64,000 nt of DNA from Candidatus Limnocylindria bacterium (GTDB taxonomy: Bacteria > Chloroflexota > Limnocylindria > P2-11E): NCBI GenBank assembly GCA_036518215.1, contig DATDNP010000201.1:24448-88447 (forward strand), read 5' to 3'. The notes beneath the pieces are model-generated. The model was not told the origin of the DNA and ran no database searches. It saw only the letters and a list, made by a program, of their open reading frames with translations. Positions 18,098 through 26,576 of this stretch are shown here, one piece after another. The number at the start of each line of letters is the position of its first letter. Within the stretch, counting starts at the first letter, position 1. The position numbers were made by a program, and so were the translations under genes.

Positions 18098-19435
18098 ATG
18101 GATAGAAGGACGCACGACCGCTACGTCGAGCGCGCCATGTGGCCCATCGGTCGCGGCGACCGGTTCTTCTGGATCGCGGTCGTCGTGCTCGGCGCGTTGG
18201 TCGTCGCCGGGCTCGGCGCATGGGTCTACCAGATCAAGAACGGCCTCTGGGTCACCGGGCTGAACCAGAAGGTCTCGTGGGGCTTCTACATCATCAACTG
18301 CGTCTTCTTCATCGGCATGAGCTACGGCGGCGCGATGACGAGCGCGATCCTCCGCCTCACCAACGCGAAGTGGCGCGCGCCGCTCACCCGCCTCGCGGAG
18401 GCCACGGCCGTCGCGGCCCTCCTCGTCGGCGCCGTGTATCCGCTCATCGACATGGGCCGGCCCGACCGCTTCTTCAACATCCTTGCGTACGCCCAGGTCG
18501 GGTCGCCGGTGGTCTGGGACGTCGTCGCCATCAGCACGTACATGGTCGCGAGCATCGTCTTCCTCTACCTCCCGCTCATCCCGGACCTCGCGATCACGCG
18601 CGACTCGCTGCACAAGAGCAAGCTCGCGCCGATCTACCGGGTCCTCGCGCTCGGCTGGAAGGGAACGCCCGGACAGGAGCGATCGCTCGCGCGCGGCGTC
18701 GGGATCATGGCGATCCTCATCATCCCGCTCGCGGTCTCGGTCCACTCGGTGCTCGCGTGGCTCTTCGCGGTCACCGCGCGCGGCGGCTGGCACAGCACGA
18801 TCTTCGCGCCGCTGTTCGTCCTCGCCGCGATGCTCTCGGGCGTCGCCGCGGTGATCCTCGTCATCGCGGCCTTCCGGAAGGTGTACGGGCTGCAGGAGTT
18901 CATCACCGCCCGTCACTTCCGCTACCTGAGCTACCTCATGATCGCCCTCGGCGCGGGCTACCTGTACTTCATGGTGAGCGAATACCTCACCGAGGGTTAC
19001 CTCGCGGATCAGGCGACCGCGCCGCTCCTCGAGCAGATCTTCGTGGGCACGTACTCGCCGGCCTTCTGGGGCTTCACGATCGTGGGCCTCGTCTTCCCGC
19101 TCGTCCTCGCCGCGATCCCCGGCCGCTACGCGATCGCGCGCGCGTGCAGCGCGTCGCTCCTCGTCATCGGCGGCATGTGGCTGAAGCGGTTCCTCATCGT
19201 CGTGCCGGGCATGGCCGAGCCGGTCATGCCGTGGGACTGGGGCCGCTACGCCCCGAGCTGGGTCGAGATCGCGATCACGCTCGGCTCGGCGGCCGCGATC
19301 CCGCTCATCCTCATCCTCTTCTTCCGCTTCTTCCCGGTCATGTCCGTCCACGAGATGGAAGAGGTCGAGGGTGGCGCGCCCGAGCCACGCGGCGTGGTGC
19401 TCATGCCGACCCTCGCGGAAGGAGCAGGCAAGTGA
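18098..19435 (+). CDS. NrfD/PsrC-family quinone-interacting integral membrane subunit
   Basis: About 445 aa with 8-10 TM helices. The conserved N-terminal pattern of polysulfide-reductase NrfD proteins (FFWIAVVVLGALVV...VSWGFYIINCVFFIGMSYGGAMTSAILRL) is present. ATG is 3 nt after the FeS gene stop. Confidence 0.8.
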   Translation: MDRRTHDRYVERAMWPIGRGDRFFWIAVVVLGALVVAGLGAWVYQIKNGLWVTGLNQKVSWGFYIINCVFFIGMSYGGAMTSAILRLTNAKWRAPLTRLAEATAVAALLVGAVYPLIDMGRPDRFFNILAYAQVGSPVVWDVVAISTYMVASIVFLYLPLIPDLAITRDSLHKSKLAPIYRVLALGWKGTPGQERSLARGVGIMAILIIPLAVSVHSVLAWLFAVTARGGWHSTIFAPLFVLAAMLSGVAAVILVIAAFRKVYGLQEFITARHFRYLSYLMIALGAGYLYFMVSEYLTEGYLADQATAPLLEQIFVGTYSPAFWGFTIVGLVFPLVLAAIPGRYAIARACSASLLVIGGMWLKRFLIVVPGMAEPVMPWDWGRYAPSWVEIAITLGSAAAIPLILILFFRFFPVMSVHEMEEVEGGAPEPRGVVLMPTLAEGAGK

Positions 19436-20109
19436 AACGGAAGATCCTCGTCTTCGCCGCGGCGCTCGTCGCGACGCTCGCGTTCATCGTCGCCGGCCGC
19501 GGGCTCCTCCCCGGCTCGGTGCAGCTCCGCGTCCCGAACTCCAACACGATCTCGCAGAACGCGCCGATGCCCGGCCACGACACGACGCCGCAGCAGGCGC
19601 CGCAGCCGATCGTCGCTCCGCCGGGAGGCTCGCGCGTCGCGCTCGCCGTGACGACCGGCGCGAAGCCCGAGCTCGGCTACATCGTCAGCGCAACGGTGAC
19701 GAGCCCCGCGGGCAAGGCCGTGAGCGAGGCGACCGTCCGCTTCTACGACGTCGTCGACCTCTTCGGTCAGCGCGAGGAGCTCATCGGGAGCGGCACGACC
19801 GACGGGCAGGGCAACGCCTCGATCTCGTACCTCCCGGCCTCCGGCGGAACGCACCAGCTGGTCGCGCGCTTCGCCGGCCAGGGCTCGCTCAGCGCATCGC
19901 TCGGCACGACCACCTTCGAGGCAAAGGTGACCGCGAAGCCATACGTCGTAGACCAGCCGCCGCTCGCGGGCTTCAGCCGCGCGGTGCCCTACGCCGTCGG
20001 CCTGCTCGTGCTCGCGGTCTGGGGCCTCATCGCCTTCTCGTTGTTCGGTACCGCGCGTGGCGTCGTCGCCACGGCGAACACAACACGCCGAAAGGGGGAA
20101 ACCGCATGA
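19432..20109 (+). CDS. Bitopic membrane protein with an Ig-like extracytoplasmic domain (hypothetical)
   Basis: GTG overlaps the NrfD stop (GTGA). N- and C-terminal TM helices flank a beta-rich domain (TDGQGNASISYLPASGGTHQL) reminiscent of Big/invasin Ig-like folds. Confidence 0.55.
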   Translation: MKRKILVFAAALVATLAFIVAGRGLLPGSVQLRVPNSNTISQNAPMPGHDTTPQQAPQPIVAPPGGSRVALAVTTGAKPELGYIVSATVTSPAGKAVSEATVRFYDVVDLFGQREELIGSGTTDGQGNASISYLPASGGTHQLVARFAGQGSLSASLGTTTFEAKVTAKPYVVDQPPLAGFSRAVPYAVGLLVLAVWGLIAFSLFGTARGVVATANTTRRKGETA

Positions 20110-20687
20110 TCCTGCGCCGCATCCTCGCGACCACCGCGTCCACCGTCTTCGTCGTCGGCGCGCTTGCCTCGTGTGGAGGCGGCACCGGCGAGACGCCCAA
20201 CAGCAACGCCAACGCGGCGCCGTCGACGCCCGCGCAAACGCAAGCGTCGGCAGCACCGCAGAAGGCGACGTTCCTCATCCTGCAGGGCGACACGGTCCGC
20301 AGCCCGGAGAACCTCACTGACGAGGAGAAGACATTCCTCTCCTGCGTCCAGCAGAGCCGCTTCCCGCAGGGCTCGCGCATCGTGTGGCGCTACCGCGTGC
20401 TCGACCCGACCACGAACACCGCGCTCGATGACAAGGCGATCAAGTCCTTCGATCTCATCCTCCCGGATGGCTCGAAGGTCGCATTCAAGTACGGCGGCCA
20501 CGGCGGCACGAAGCCCAACTACGCCGAGTACTTCTGGACCGCGGGCTTCAGCATCCCGGCCGACTACCCCACGGGTCTCTTCAACTATCAGGTCAAGGCA
20601 GTGAGCGCTGAAGGCGCGACGGGCTCCTTCGATCAGTTCAAGGTCGCCGCCGCCCAGCTCACCGTCGTCAAGGCCGGAACGAGGTAA
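20106..20687 (+). CDS. Lipoprotein (hypothetical)
   Basis: ATG overlaps the upstream stop (ATGA). Signal peptide plus lipobox (LASCGGG). No family recognised. Confidence 0.55.
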   Translation: MILRRILATTASTVFVVGALASCGGGTGETPNSNANAAPSTPAQTQASAAPQKATFLILQGDTVRSPENLTDEEKTFLSCVQQSRFPQGSRIVWRYRVLDPTTNTALDDKAIKSFDLILPDGSKVAFKYGGHGGTKPNYAEYFWTAGFSIPADYPTGLFNYQVKAVSAEGATGSFDQFKVAAAQLTVVKAGTR

Positions 20688-20692
20688 ATGAC

Positions 20693-22198
20693 ATGAGGCG
20701 TCTCGCCGTCGCGTTCGCAGCGGCAACACTCCTCGCAGCATGCAGTACGAGCGCAACTCCGTCCGCGCGGAGCCAAGATGTTGCGTCGGCCAAGCCGACC
20801 GCGACCGTGGCGGCGAGCGCCGCCTCATCCGCAGCTCCAAGCGCATCCACGCAGCCGATGGAGGTCGTCGGCAAGTTCGGGCTCGATCCGGCGCATGGAC
20901 CGTGGGACACGAAGGTCTCGGCGACGGCGACGGGCATGAAGGCGAACACGAAATACGACCTCGTCTGGGTCACCGGCAAGGTGACATGGAAGCTCTCGGA
21001 TGACAAGAGCAAGTACCTCGGTCGCGACGCGAAGATCGTGCAGAACACGATCACGAGCGTGACGACCGATGGGAACGGCGCGTTCACGACCCAGTTCGCG
21101 GTGCCGCGCGGCTTCGGCTACGGGCACGACGTGCTGGTCGTCGACGCGGACAAGGTCATCCGCAACAAGGGTCTCTTCGACGTGGACATGACGACGACGA
21201 TCAGCCCGACGAGTGGGCCGGTCGGGACGCCGATCACCGTCGAGGTGAAGGGCATCGGATACCAGGCCTACCAGAACAGCTTCCAGCTCGACTACGACAA
21301 CGAGTACACCGGTTGGGTCTCGTCGGTCACGACCGACGGCTACGCGAAGTTCGTCATCCCGGCGACCGGAGCGGTCGGCACGCACATCATCACGCTCGGC
21401 CACTCCGACTTCGGCGCGCCGTACATGAACCCGCAGCAGCAGCCGGTCGTCGCGTCGCGGCCGTTCCCGCACATCCCATTCACCGTCACCGACGGCGCGG
21501 CCGTGATGCCGAGCGCCGCCGACAAGCAGGGATTCGCCCCGATCGCGGGTAAGCCCGTGACGCAGGGGATCTGGTCAGAGCCGTACGCGACCACCGTCGG
21601 CGCGCCCGTGACCCTGAGCGCGAAGGCGCTTCCCGCGAACAGCGACATCGAGATCTTCTGGACGACGCAGGTCGGCAACCGCTCCGTCACCGGTTTCGAG
21701 GAGCGCACCTCATCGCTCGGCAAGACGAAGACGGACGCCAGCGGCTCGTTCAGCTGGTCGTTCAACATGCCCGACGATCTCGGCGGCACTCACACGGTCA
21801 CGGCGAAGCTCGGTGACAAAGAGGTCGCGAAGACGACCGTGTACATCCTCGCCCAGGCGTTCCCGCTCGACGTGACGCAGGGGCCCGCCGGTACGAAGAC
21901 GACGCTCCACCTCAAAGGCGCCGGCTGGACCGAGACCGAGCAGATCTACCACGTGGTCGTCGACAACGCCTACACCGGCTACGCGTGCGCCTTCAACAGC
22001 AAGGGCGACGTGACGGTCTACCTCACGATGTCCGGCGCGCCCGGGTGGCACTACATCGACATGTACCCGGGCATCTACCAGGGTCCGGCCGACGCGAAGC
22101 CTGCGGACTTCAAGATCCCGCAGCTCACCGCCGACACCGACCACCCGGGCGAGAAGCTTCCCATCTTCCGCTGGGCGTTCTACATCTCCGCGTCCTGA
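20693..22198 (+). CDS. Large lipoprotein with three Ig-like (IPT/Big-type) repeats (hypothetical)
   Basis: Lipobox (LLAACSTS). Three internal repeats of about 90 aa (..GPVGTPITVEVKGIGY.., ..GAPVTLSAKALPANSDIEIFW.., ..GPAGTKTTLHLKGAGW..). No heme (CxxCH) or obvious copper motifs. Confidence 0.55.
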   Translation: MRRLAVAFAAATLLAACSTSATPSARSQDVASAKPTATVAASAASSAAPSASTQPMEVVGKFGLDPAHGPWDTKVSATATGMKANTKYDLVWVTGKVTWKLSDDKSKYLGRDAKIVQNTITSVTTDGNGAFTTQFAVPRGFGYGHDVLVVDADKVIRNKGLFDVDMTTTISPTSGPVGTPITVEVKGIGYQAYQNSFQLDYDNEYTGWVSSVTTDGYAKFVIPATGAVGTHIITLGHSDFGAPYMNPQQQPVVASRPFPHIPFTVTDGAAVMPSAADKQGFAPIAGKPVTQGIWSEPYATTVGAPVTLSAKALPANSDIEIFWTTQVGNRSVTGFEERTSSLGKTKTDASGSFSWSFNMPDDLGGTHTVTAKLGDKEVAKTTVYILAQAFPLDVTQGPAGTKTTLHLKGAGWTETEQIYHVVVDNAYTGYACAFNSKGDVTVYLTMSGAPGWHYIDMYPGIYQGPADAKPADFKIPQLTADTDHPGEKLPIFRWAFYISAS

Positions 22199-22221
22199 AG
22201 CTGCGCGACCTCCTTTTAGGT

Positions 22222-22268
22222 GAGCGCGCCGTCTCATCCGACTCGTACCGGATGAGCGGCGCGTTCTC
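22222..22268. terminator. Imperfect hairpin between convergent genes; putative bidirectional terminator
   Basis: GAGCGCGCCGTCTCATCCG-actcgtac-CGGATGAGCGGCGCGTTCTC lies between the lipoprotein stop (22198) and the REC-gene stop (22276). Confidence 0.45.
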
Positions 22269-22275
22269 CTGTCCG

Positions 22276-22671
22276 CTAGGCCGCGGGCCGGCGGCGCGCC
22301 CCGAGCAGCTGGCGGACGCACGCCGCCAGCTCATCGACGTCGAACGGCTTCAGTACGACCGCATCGACGGGAAGGGCGTGCGTTCCGCTGCGCGCCCATT
22401 GCTGTGCCGTGAGGAGCAGGATGGGCGTCGCGCCGAACCGCGCTCGCATGCGCGAGAGGTACGCACGGCCACCGACGGGCTCGTGGACGTCACGTCCGAT
22501 GAGATCGGTGATCACGAGGTCGGGCGCCTGGCTGTCGGACACGAGATCGGGGGACGTGACCGCGTGCGCGTCGGCGCCGATGACGTCGACGACGACGTCG
22601 CGCAACACGCGCAGGATCGGCTCGTCATCCTCGATGATGAGGACAAGGCCGCTCCGCCGGCGCTCCCCCAC
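22276..22671 (-). CDS. Stand-alone receiver (REC) domain protein
   Basis: LVLIIEDDEP...DLVITDL...LKPFDVDEL fits the REC fold. 131 aa with no output domain. Confidence 0.65.
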   Translation of the reverse strand: MGERRRSGLVLIIEDDEPILRVLRDVVVDVIGADAHAVTSPDLVSDSQAPDLVITDLIGRDVHEPVGGRAYLSRMRARFGATPILLLTAQQWARSGTHALPVDAVVLKPFDVDELAACVRQLLGARRRPAA

Positions 22672-22715
22672 GGTATGAGTACACGCGCGGCAGGGGGCAC
22701 CGGAAAGATGTACGA

Positions 22716-23315
22716 ATGGACAGGGTCATGGAGAACGTGCAACTCACCGGTCGGCAGGAACAGGTGGTGGCCGGTGTCGCCCGCGGCTTGACGAACAAAG
22801 AGATCGCGGCCGAGCTCGGCATCTCCGAGCGCGCCGTGAAAGCGCACGTCTCCGAGCTGCTCCGGAAGTTCGCGGTCCCCAACCGCGCCGGGCTCATCGC
22901 CCAGCTCGTCGACTCGTCCCGGCCGCAACACGCCCTCGAGCTCGACGCGCGCCAATTCGCGCAGTACGAGGACGTCCCGTTCATGGTGGCGGTGACACAC
23001 GGGCCGGAGCACCGCTTCGTCTTCGTGAACGCGATGTCTGCGTCCGTCGCGGGCCGCACCGCAGCCTCGCTCGTCGGCCACGCGATGAAAGACGCGTATC
23101 CCGAGCTCGACCCGCGCTACCTCGCCGCACTCGACGCCGTGTACACGACCGGTATCCCGTGGTCCGCGCCACGCTCGCCGGCGCGATTCCCGCGCGCCGA
23201 CGGAACGTTCCACGACACCTGGCTGAATCTCATGTTCGCGCCGATCCGCGACGCGAGCGGGAGGATCGCCGGCCTGCTCCACATCGGCGCCGAGGTCGAG
23301 CCGGGCGACGAGTGA
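22716..23315 (+). CDS. LuxR-family HTH regulator with a C-terminal PAS-like domain
   Basis: The N-terminal LuxR/GerE HTH (LTGRQEQVVAGVARGLTNKEIAAELGISERAVKAHVSELLRKF) precedes a PAS-like domain of about 110 aa. This is the reverse of the usual order. Confidence 0.6.
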   Translation: MDRVMENVQLTGRQEQVVAGVARGLTNKEIAAELGISERAVKAHVSELLRKFAVPNRAGLIAQLVDSSRPQHALELDARQFAQYEDVPFMVAVTHGPEHRFVFVNAMSASVAGRTAASLVGHAMKDAYPELDPRYLAALDAVYTTGIPWSAPRSPARFPRADGTFHDTWLNLMFAPIRDASGRIAGLLHIGAEVEPGDE

Positions 23316-23324
23316 CGCGCTGCG

Positions 23325-24578
23325 CTATGCGACGGCGCGCCCCGCCGCGTACACGCGCGCGACGAGCTTCGCGCCGAGCGAATATGCGAGCTCACGTTCG
23401 TCGTCGGTCGCGAGGACGATGACATCCGCACGCCGGCCCTTCACGAGCGAGCCTGTCCGCTCGCCGCGCCCGAGCGCGTGCGCGGCGTTGATGGTCGCCG
23501 CGACGATCGCCTGATGCGGCGTGAGGCCGCAGAGCGACACCGCAAGCGCGATCGCGGTCGGCATCCCGACGACGGGCGAGGTCCCCGGATTGTGGTCGGT
23601 GGCGATGGCGACCGGCACGTCCGCGGCGAGGAACCGGCGCGCGTCCGGCGCCGCGTAGCCGACGAAGAACGCGCTCCCGGGTAGCAAGACGGCGGGGATC
23701 GCGGCCCGCGCGAGCGCGCGAAGACCGTCCGCCGAGGCGTTCGCGACGTGATCGGCCGACCGCGCCTTCATGCGCGCCGCGAACTCCGTCGCGCCGACAT
23801 CGTTCAGCTGATCGGCGTGCAGCGTGACGGCGAGGCCCGCGTCGCGCGCGGCCTTCGCGAGCGGACGCACCTCCTCCGTCTCGAAGACGCCGCGTTCGAC
23901 GAACGCGTCGACGGCCTCGGCCAGACCCTCGGCCGCGACCGTGGGGATCGTCTTCACGACCTCCTGGAGGAAGCCGCGGCGGTCCTCGGCATGCTGCGTC
24001 GGCATCGCATGGAGCGCGAGGTACGTCGGCGCGACGTCGATCGCGACCATGGCGTTCGCATGCGCGATGACGCGGAGCATCCGCAGCTCGTCGGCCGGCT
24101 CGAGGCCGTACCCGCTCTTCACCTCGATCGTGGTCGTCCCCGCGGCGATCGCGGCGTCGAGGCGGCGGATGAGCAGGCCGAGGAGGTCGTCGTCGCTCGC
24201 GTCGCGGGTCGCGCGCACGGTCGAGTGGATGCCGCCGCCCTGCGCGAGCATCGAGAGGTAGTCGCCACCGCTCTTCCGCGCCGTGAACTCGTCCCAGCGA
24301 TGGCCCGCGTAGCAGAGGTGCGTGTGCGGGTCGACGAATCCGGGCATCACGACCGCGCCGCCGGCATCGATGACCGTCGCGTCCTCCGTCACCTCGAGGC
24401 GCTCCCAGCCATCGCCGTGACCGCCGGCCGCGATGACCCCGTCGCGGACGCCGATCCAACCATCGTCGATCGCACCGACGTCGCCGGCCGAGGCGCCCGT
24501 GCGTGGGCGCTCCTCCTTCAGTGGCGCGAGGGTAAGGAGCCGCGCGCGCCGGATGACGAGATCGGCCTCAGCAGCCAC
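23325..24578 (-). CDS. hutI: Imidazolonepropionase
   Basis: Amidohydrolase metal-binding motif (GFVDPHTHL), together with ...TLHADQL... and ...ATDHNPG..., matches the HutI pattern. GTG start at 24576-24578. Confidence 0.85.
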   Translation of the reverse strand: MAAEADLVIRRARLLTLAPLKEERPRTGASAGDVGAIDDGWIGVRDGVIAAGGHGDGWERLEVTEDATVIDAGGAVVMPGFVDPHTHLCYAGHRWDEFTARKSGGDYLSMLAQGGGIHSTVRATRDASDDDLLGLLIRRLDAAIAAGTTTIEVKSGYGLEPADELRMLRVIAHANAMVAIDVAPTYLALHAMPTQHAEDRRGFLQEVVKTIPTVAAEGLAEAVDAFVERGVFETEEVRPLAKAARDAGLAVTLHADQLNDVGATEFAARMKARSADHVANASADGLRALARAAIPAVLLPGSAFFVGYAAPDARRFLAADVPVAIATDHNPGTSPVVGMPTAIALAVSLCGLTPHQAIVAATINAAHALGRGERTGSLVKGRRADVIVLATDDERELAYSLGAKLVARVYAAGRAVA

Positions 24579-24579
24579 G

Positions 24580-24942
24580 CTACTCGACGATCTTCCAGTA
24601 CGAGTCCTTGCGTCGGATCAGGTCGCCGTCGAACTCGAAGAGATCGCACCCCCGGACCGAGATCCGCGTGCCGTTCCTCGTCGTCCCGGTGAGGAGCCAT
24701 TCCGATGCGCCGCGCTCGCCCGCGACGAAGTGGCGGTCGTCGCCGTACTGCACGTCGGGTATGCCCTCGAACCGCGTCGCGAGGAGCGCGCGAACGCGCT
24801 CCTTTCCTTCCGCGCGCGTCCCGGACGGCGCCGGCCCGCGCGGGAAGTCGAATACGCAGTCGTCGGTGAAGAACTCCATGATGGCGTCGAGGTCGTGGCG
24901 ATTGAACGCGTCGAGGAACTCGCGCAGTCGCGGCTCGTCCAT
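24580..24942 (-). CDS. NTF2/SnoaL-like fold protein
   Basis: MDEPRLREFLDAFNRHDLDAIMEFFTDDCVFDFP... is the typical SnoaL-like start. Start at the internal ATG (24942), not 25110. Confidence 0.55.
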   Translation of the reverse strand: MDEPRLREFLDAFNRHDLDAIMEFFTDDCVFDFPRGPAPSGTRAEGKERVRALLATRFEGIPDVQYGDDRHFVAGERGASEWLLTGTTRNGTRISVRGCDLFEFDGDLIRRKDSYWKIVE

Positions 24943-24944
24943 CG

Positions 24945-25841
24945 CTACTCCAGGAACCGCGCCTCGATGACGCGCGAGCGGTCGAAGCTCTCGAGCTTGA
25001 GCGCGTCGGCGGTGACCTGCAGTGCCGCGTCGAGCGGGATCAGCCCGATGAGCTCTCCGCGCAAGATCTTCACGCCCGCCGCGCTCGCTCGCGCTCCCAC
25101 CTCGTGCCACACCCTCGCGAGCGACGTCGTGTTGAAGTCGAGCACGTTCATCGAGACCTGGACGCGCGCGGGACCGGTGAGCTCGAAGCCGAGCGCCTGG
25201 ATCGCCGCGAGCCCGCCCGACGACTCCCGGATCTCTTTCGCGATGCGCTTCGCGAGCTTCAGGTCCGTCGTATCGAGCTCGATGTTGAAGGCGATGAGGA
25301 ACGGACGAGCGCCGACGACCAGGCCGCCGCTGCGCTCGTTGAAGCGCGCCGGCCCGGCGTCTGGGACGTGCGTCGTCGGCATCGCGGCCGCGAGGCCTTC
25401 GTACTGGACCGCGTTGCGGATGTCACCGAGCTTCGTCCGTTCGGGGCGGCTCGCCGCGTTCGCATAGAAATAGACGGGGACCGCATGGCGCTCTCCCGCC
25501 TCCCGGCCGAAGCGCTTCGCGAGCGCGACGCACTCGTCCATCGTCGCGCCGCTGATCGGGACGAAGGGCACGACGTCCACCGCCCCGAGCCGCGGGTGCG
25601 CGCCGGTGTGCGTGCGCATGTCGATCTCGGCGAACGCGACGTCGCAGAGCGCGTGCGCCGCGGCGAGCACGGCGTCCGGGTCGCCGGCGAACGTGAACAC
25701 GCTTCGGTTGTGATCCGCGTCGCTCGTCTGGTCGAGGAGGCGCACGCCCGGCACCGCCGCGATCGCCGCCGCGCATCTCGAGATGACGTCGGCGCGGCGC
25801 CCCTCGCTGATGTTCGGCACGCATTCCACGAGCGCAGGCAT
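24945..25841 (-). CDS. ftcD: Glutamate formimidoyltransferase (FtcD N-terminal-type)
   Basis: MPALVECVPNISEGRR... is the canonical formiminotransferase N-terminus. About 298 aa. It follows hutI in the same operon. Confidence 0.8.
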   Translation of the reverse strand: MPALVECVPNISEGRRADVISRCAAAIAAVPGVRLLDQTSDADHNRSVFTFAGDPDAVLAAAHALCDVAFAEIDMRTHTGAHPRLGAVDVVPFVPISGATMDECVALAKRFGREAGERHAVPVYFYANAASRPERTKLGDIRNAVQYEGLAAAMPTTHVPDAGPARFNERSGGLVVGARPFLIAFNIELDTTDLKLAKRIAKEIRESSGGLAAIQALGFELTGPARVQVSMNVLDFNTTSLARVWHEVGARASAAGVKILRGELIGLIPLDAALQVTADALKLESFDRSRVIEARFLE

Positions 25842-25896
25842 GCGCGACAGGCTAGCGCGACGGACTTAAGGCCAGCTCCTGAGCGGAACGGAGGCC

Positions 25897-26052
25897 GTGA
25901 CGGAGAGCACGGCGTAGTGCTCGAGGGAGTCCCAGGCCCGCCAACCGTGATGGGTACGGAACAGAGAGGAGGGGCGGTTGGCGTGGCCTGCTAGACGAGC
26001 GAGAGCACTACGCCGTGCTCTCCACAGCGACACGTGCGGCGCCGTGCTCTCT
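25897..26052. repeat. Nested inverted repeats and a direct repeat in the ftcD/hutI leader; putative structured RNA or operator array
   Basis: GAGAGCACGGCGTAGTGCTC (25903-25922) is the reverse complement of GAGCACTACGCCGTGCTCTC (26001-26022). The inner arms CAGGCCCGCCAACCG / CGGTTGGCGTGGCCTG are also complementary. CGCCGTGCTCTC recurs as a direct repeat at 26040-26052. Confidence 0.5.
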
Positions 26053-26073
26053 GAGCCGCGCGCGGCCGAGGTG

Positions 26074-26529
26074 CTAGTGACGCGCCGCCTGCTGCGGCAG
26101 CATCCCCTCCGCGTTGCGGATGCGGCGAGTGAGGATCGGGAGCAGCGCGAGCGCGAGCTGCGGGTGGCTCTCGAGGATCCCCTTGAAGTGCCAACGCTGG
26201 ATCCCGAGCGCGGTCGTCGGCTCCGTCGCGCGGACGCTCGCCGATCGCGGGAACTCATCGAGGAGCGCCATCTCGCCGACGACGTCGCCCGGACCGAGGG
26301 TCGCGAGCTTCGTCTCGTGCCCGTCCTTTTCCTGGACGACCTCGACCTTGCCGCTCCGGATGATGAACGCGCCGACGCCGGTGTCGCCCTGACGCATGAT
26401 GAGCTGGCCGGCCTGATAGGTCTGCTCGACGGCCGCGTTCGCGATCGCGTCGAGCGACCGCTGGTCGAGGTCCTCGAACCACGCGACGCGCTTCAGGAAT
26501 TCGGTGTTCGGTGCTGCCACGCGCGGCAT
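26074..26529 (-). CDS. Stand-alone cyclic-nucleotide-binding (CNB) domain protein
   Basis: A CNB fold follows the start at MPRVAAPNTEFLKRV, with the GEMALL and RSA.VRA phosphate-binding-cassette motifs. The 5' extension to 26718 was rejected. Confidence 0.7.
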   Translation of the reverse strand: MPRVAAPNTEFLKRVAWFEDLDQRSLDAIANAAVEQTYQAGQLIMRQGDTGVGAFIIRSGKVEVVQEKDGHETKLATLGPGDVVGEMALLDEFPRSASVRATEPTTALGIQRWHFKGILESHPQLALALLPILTRRIRNAEGMLPQQAARH

Positions 26530-26576
26530 GGTAGCCCCAGCCCTGATACTTCGCCACAAGGGGAAACACAGAGAGC

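Noticed and set aside
17162-19435. 757-aa ORF fusing the regulator-upstream region, FeS-gene region and NrfD gene
   Set aside because: Only the last about 445 codons (from the ATG at 18098) are NrfD-like. The upstream part is out of frame with the FeS gene and is low complexity.
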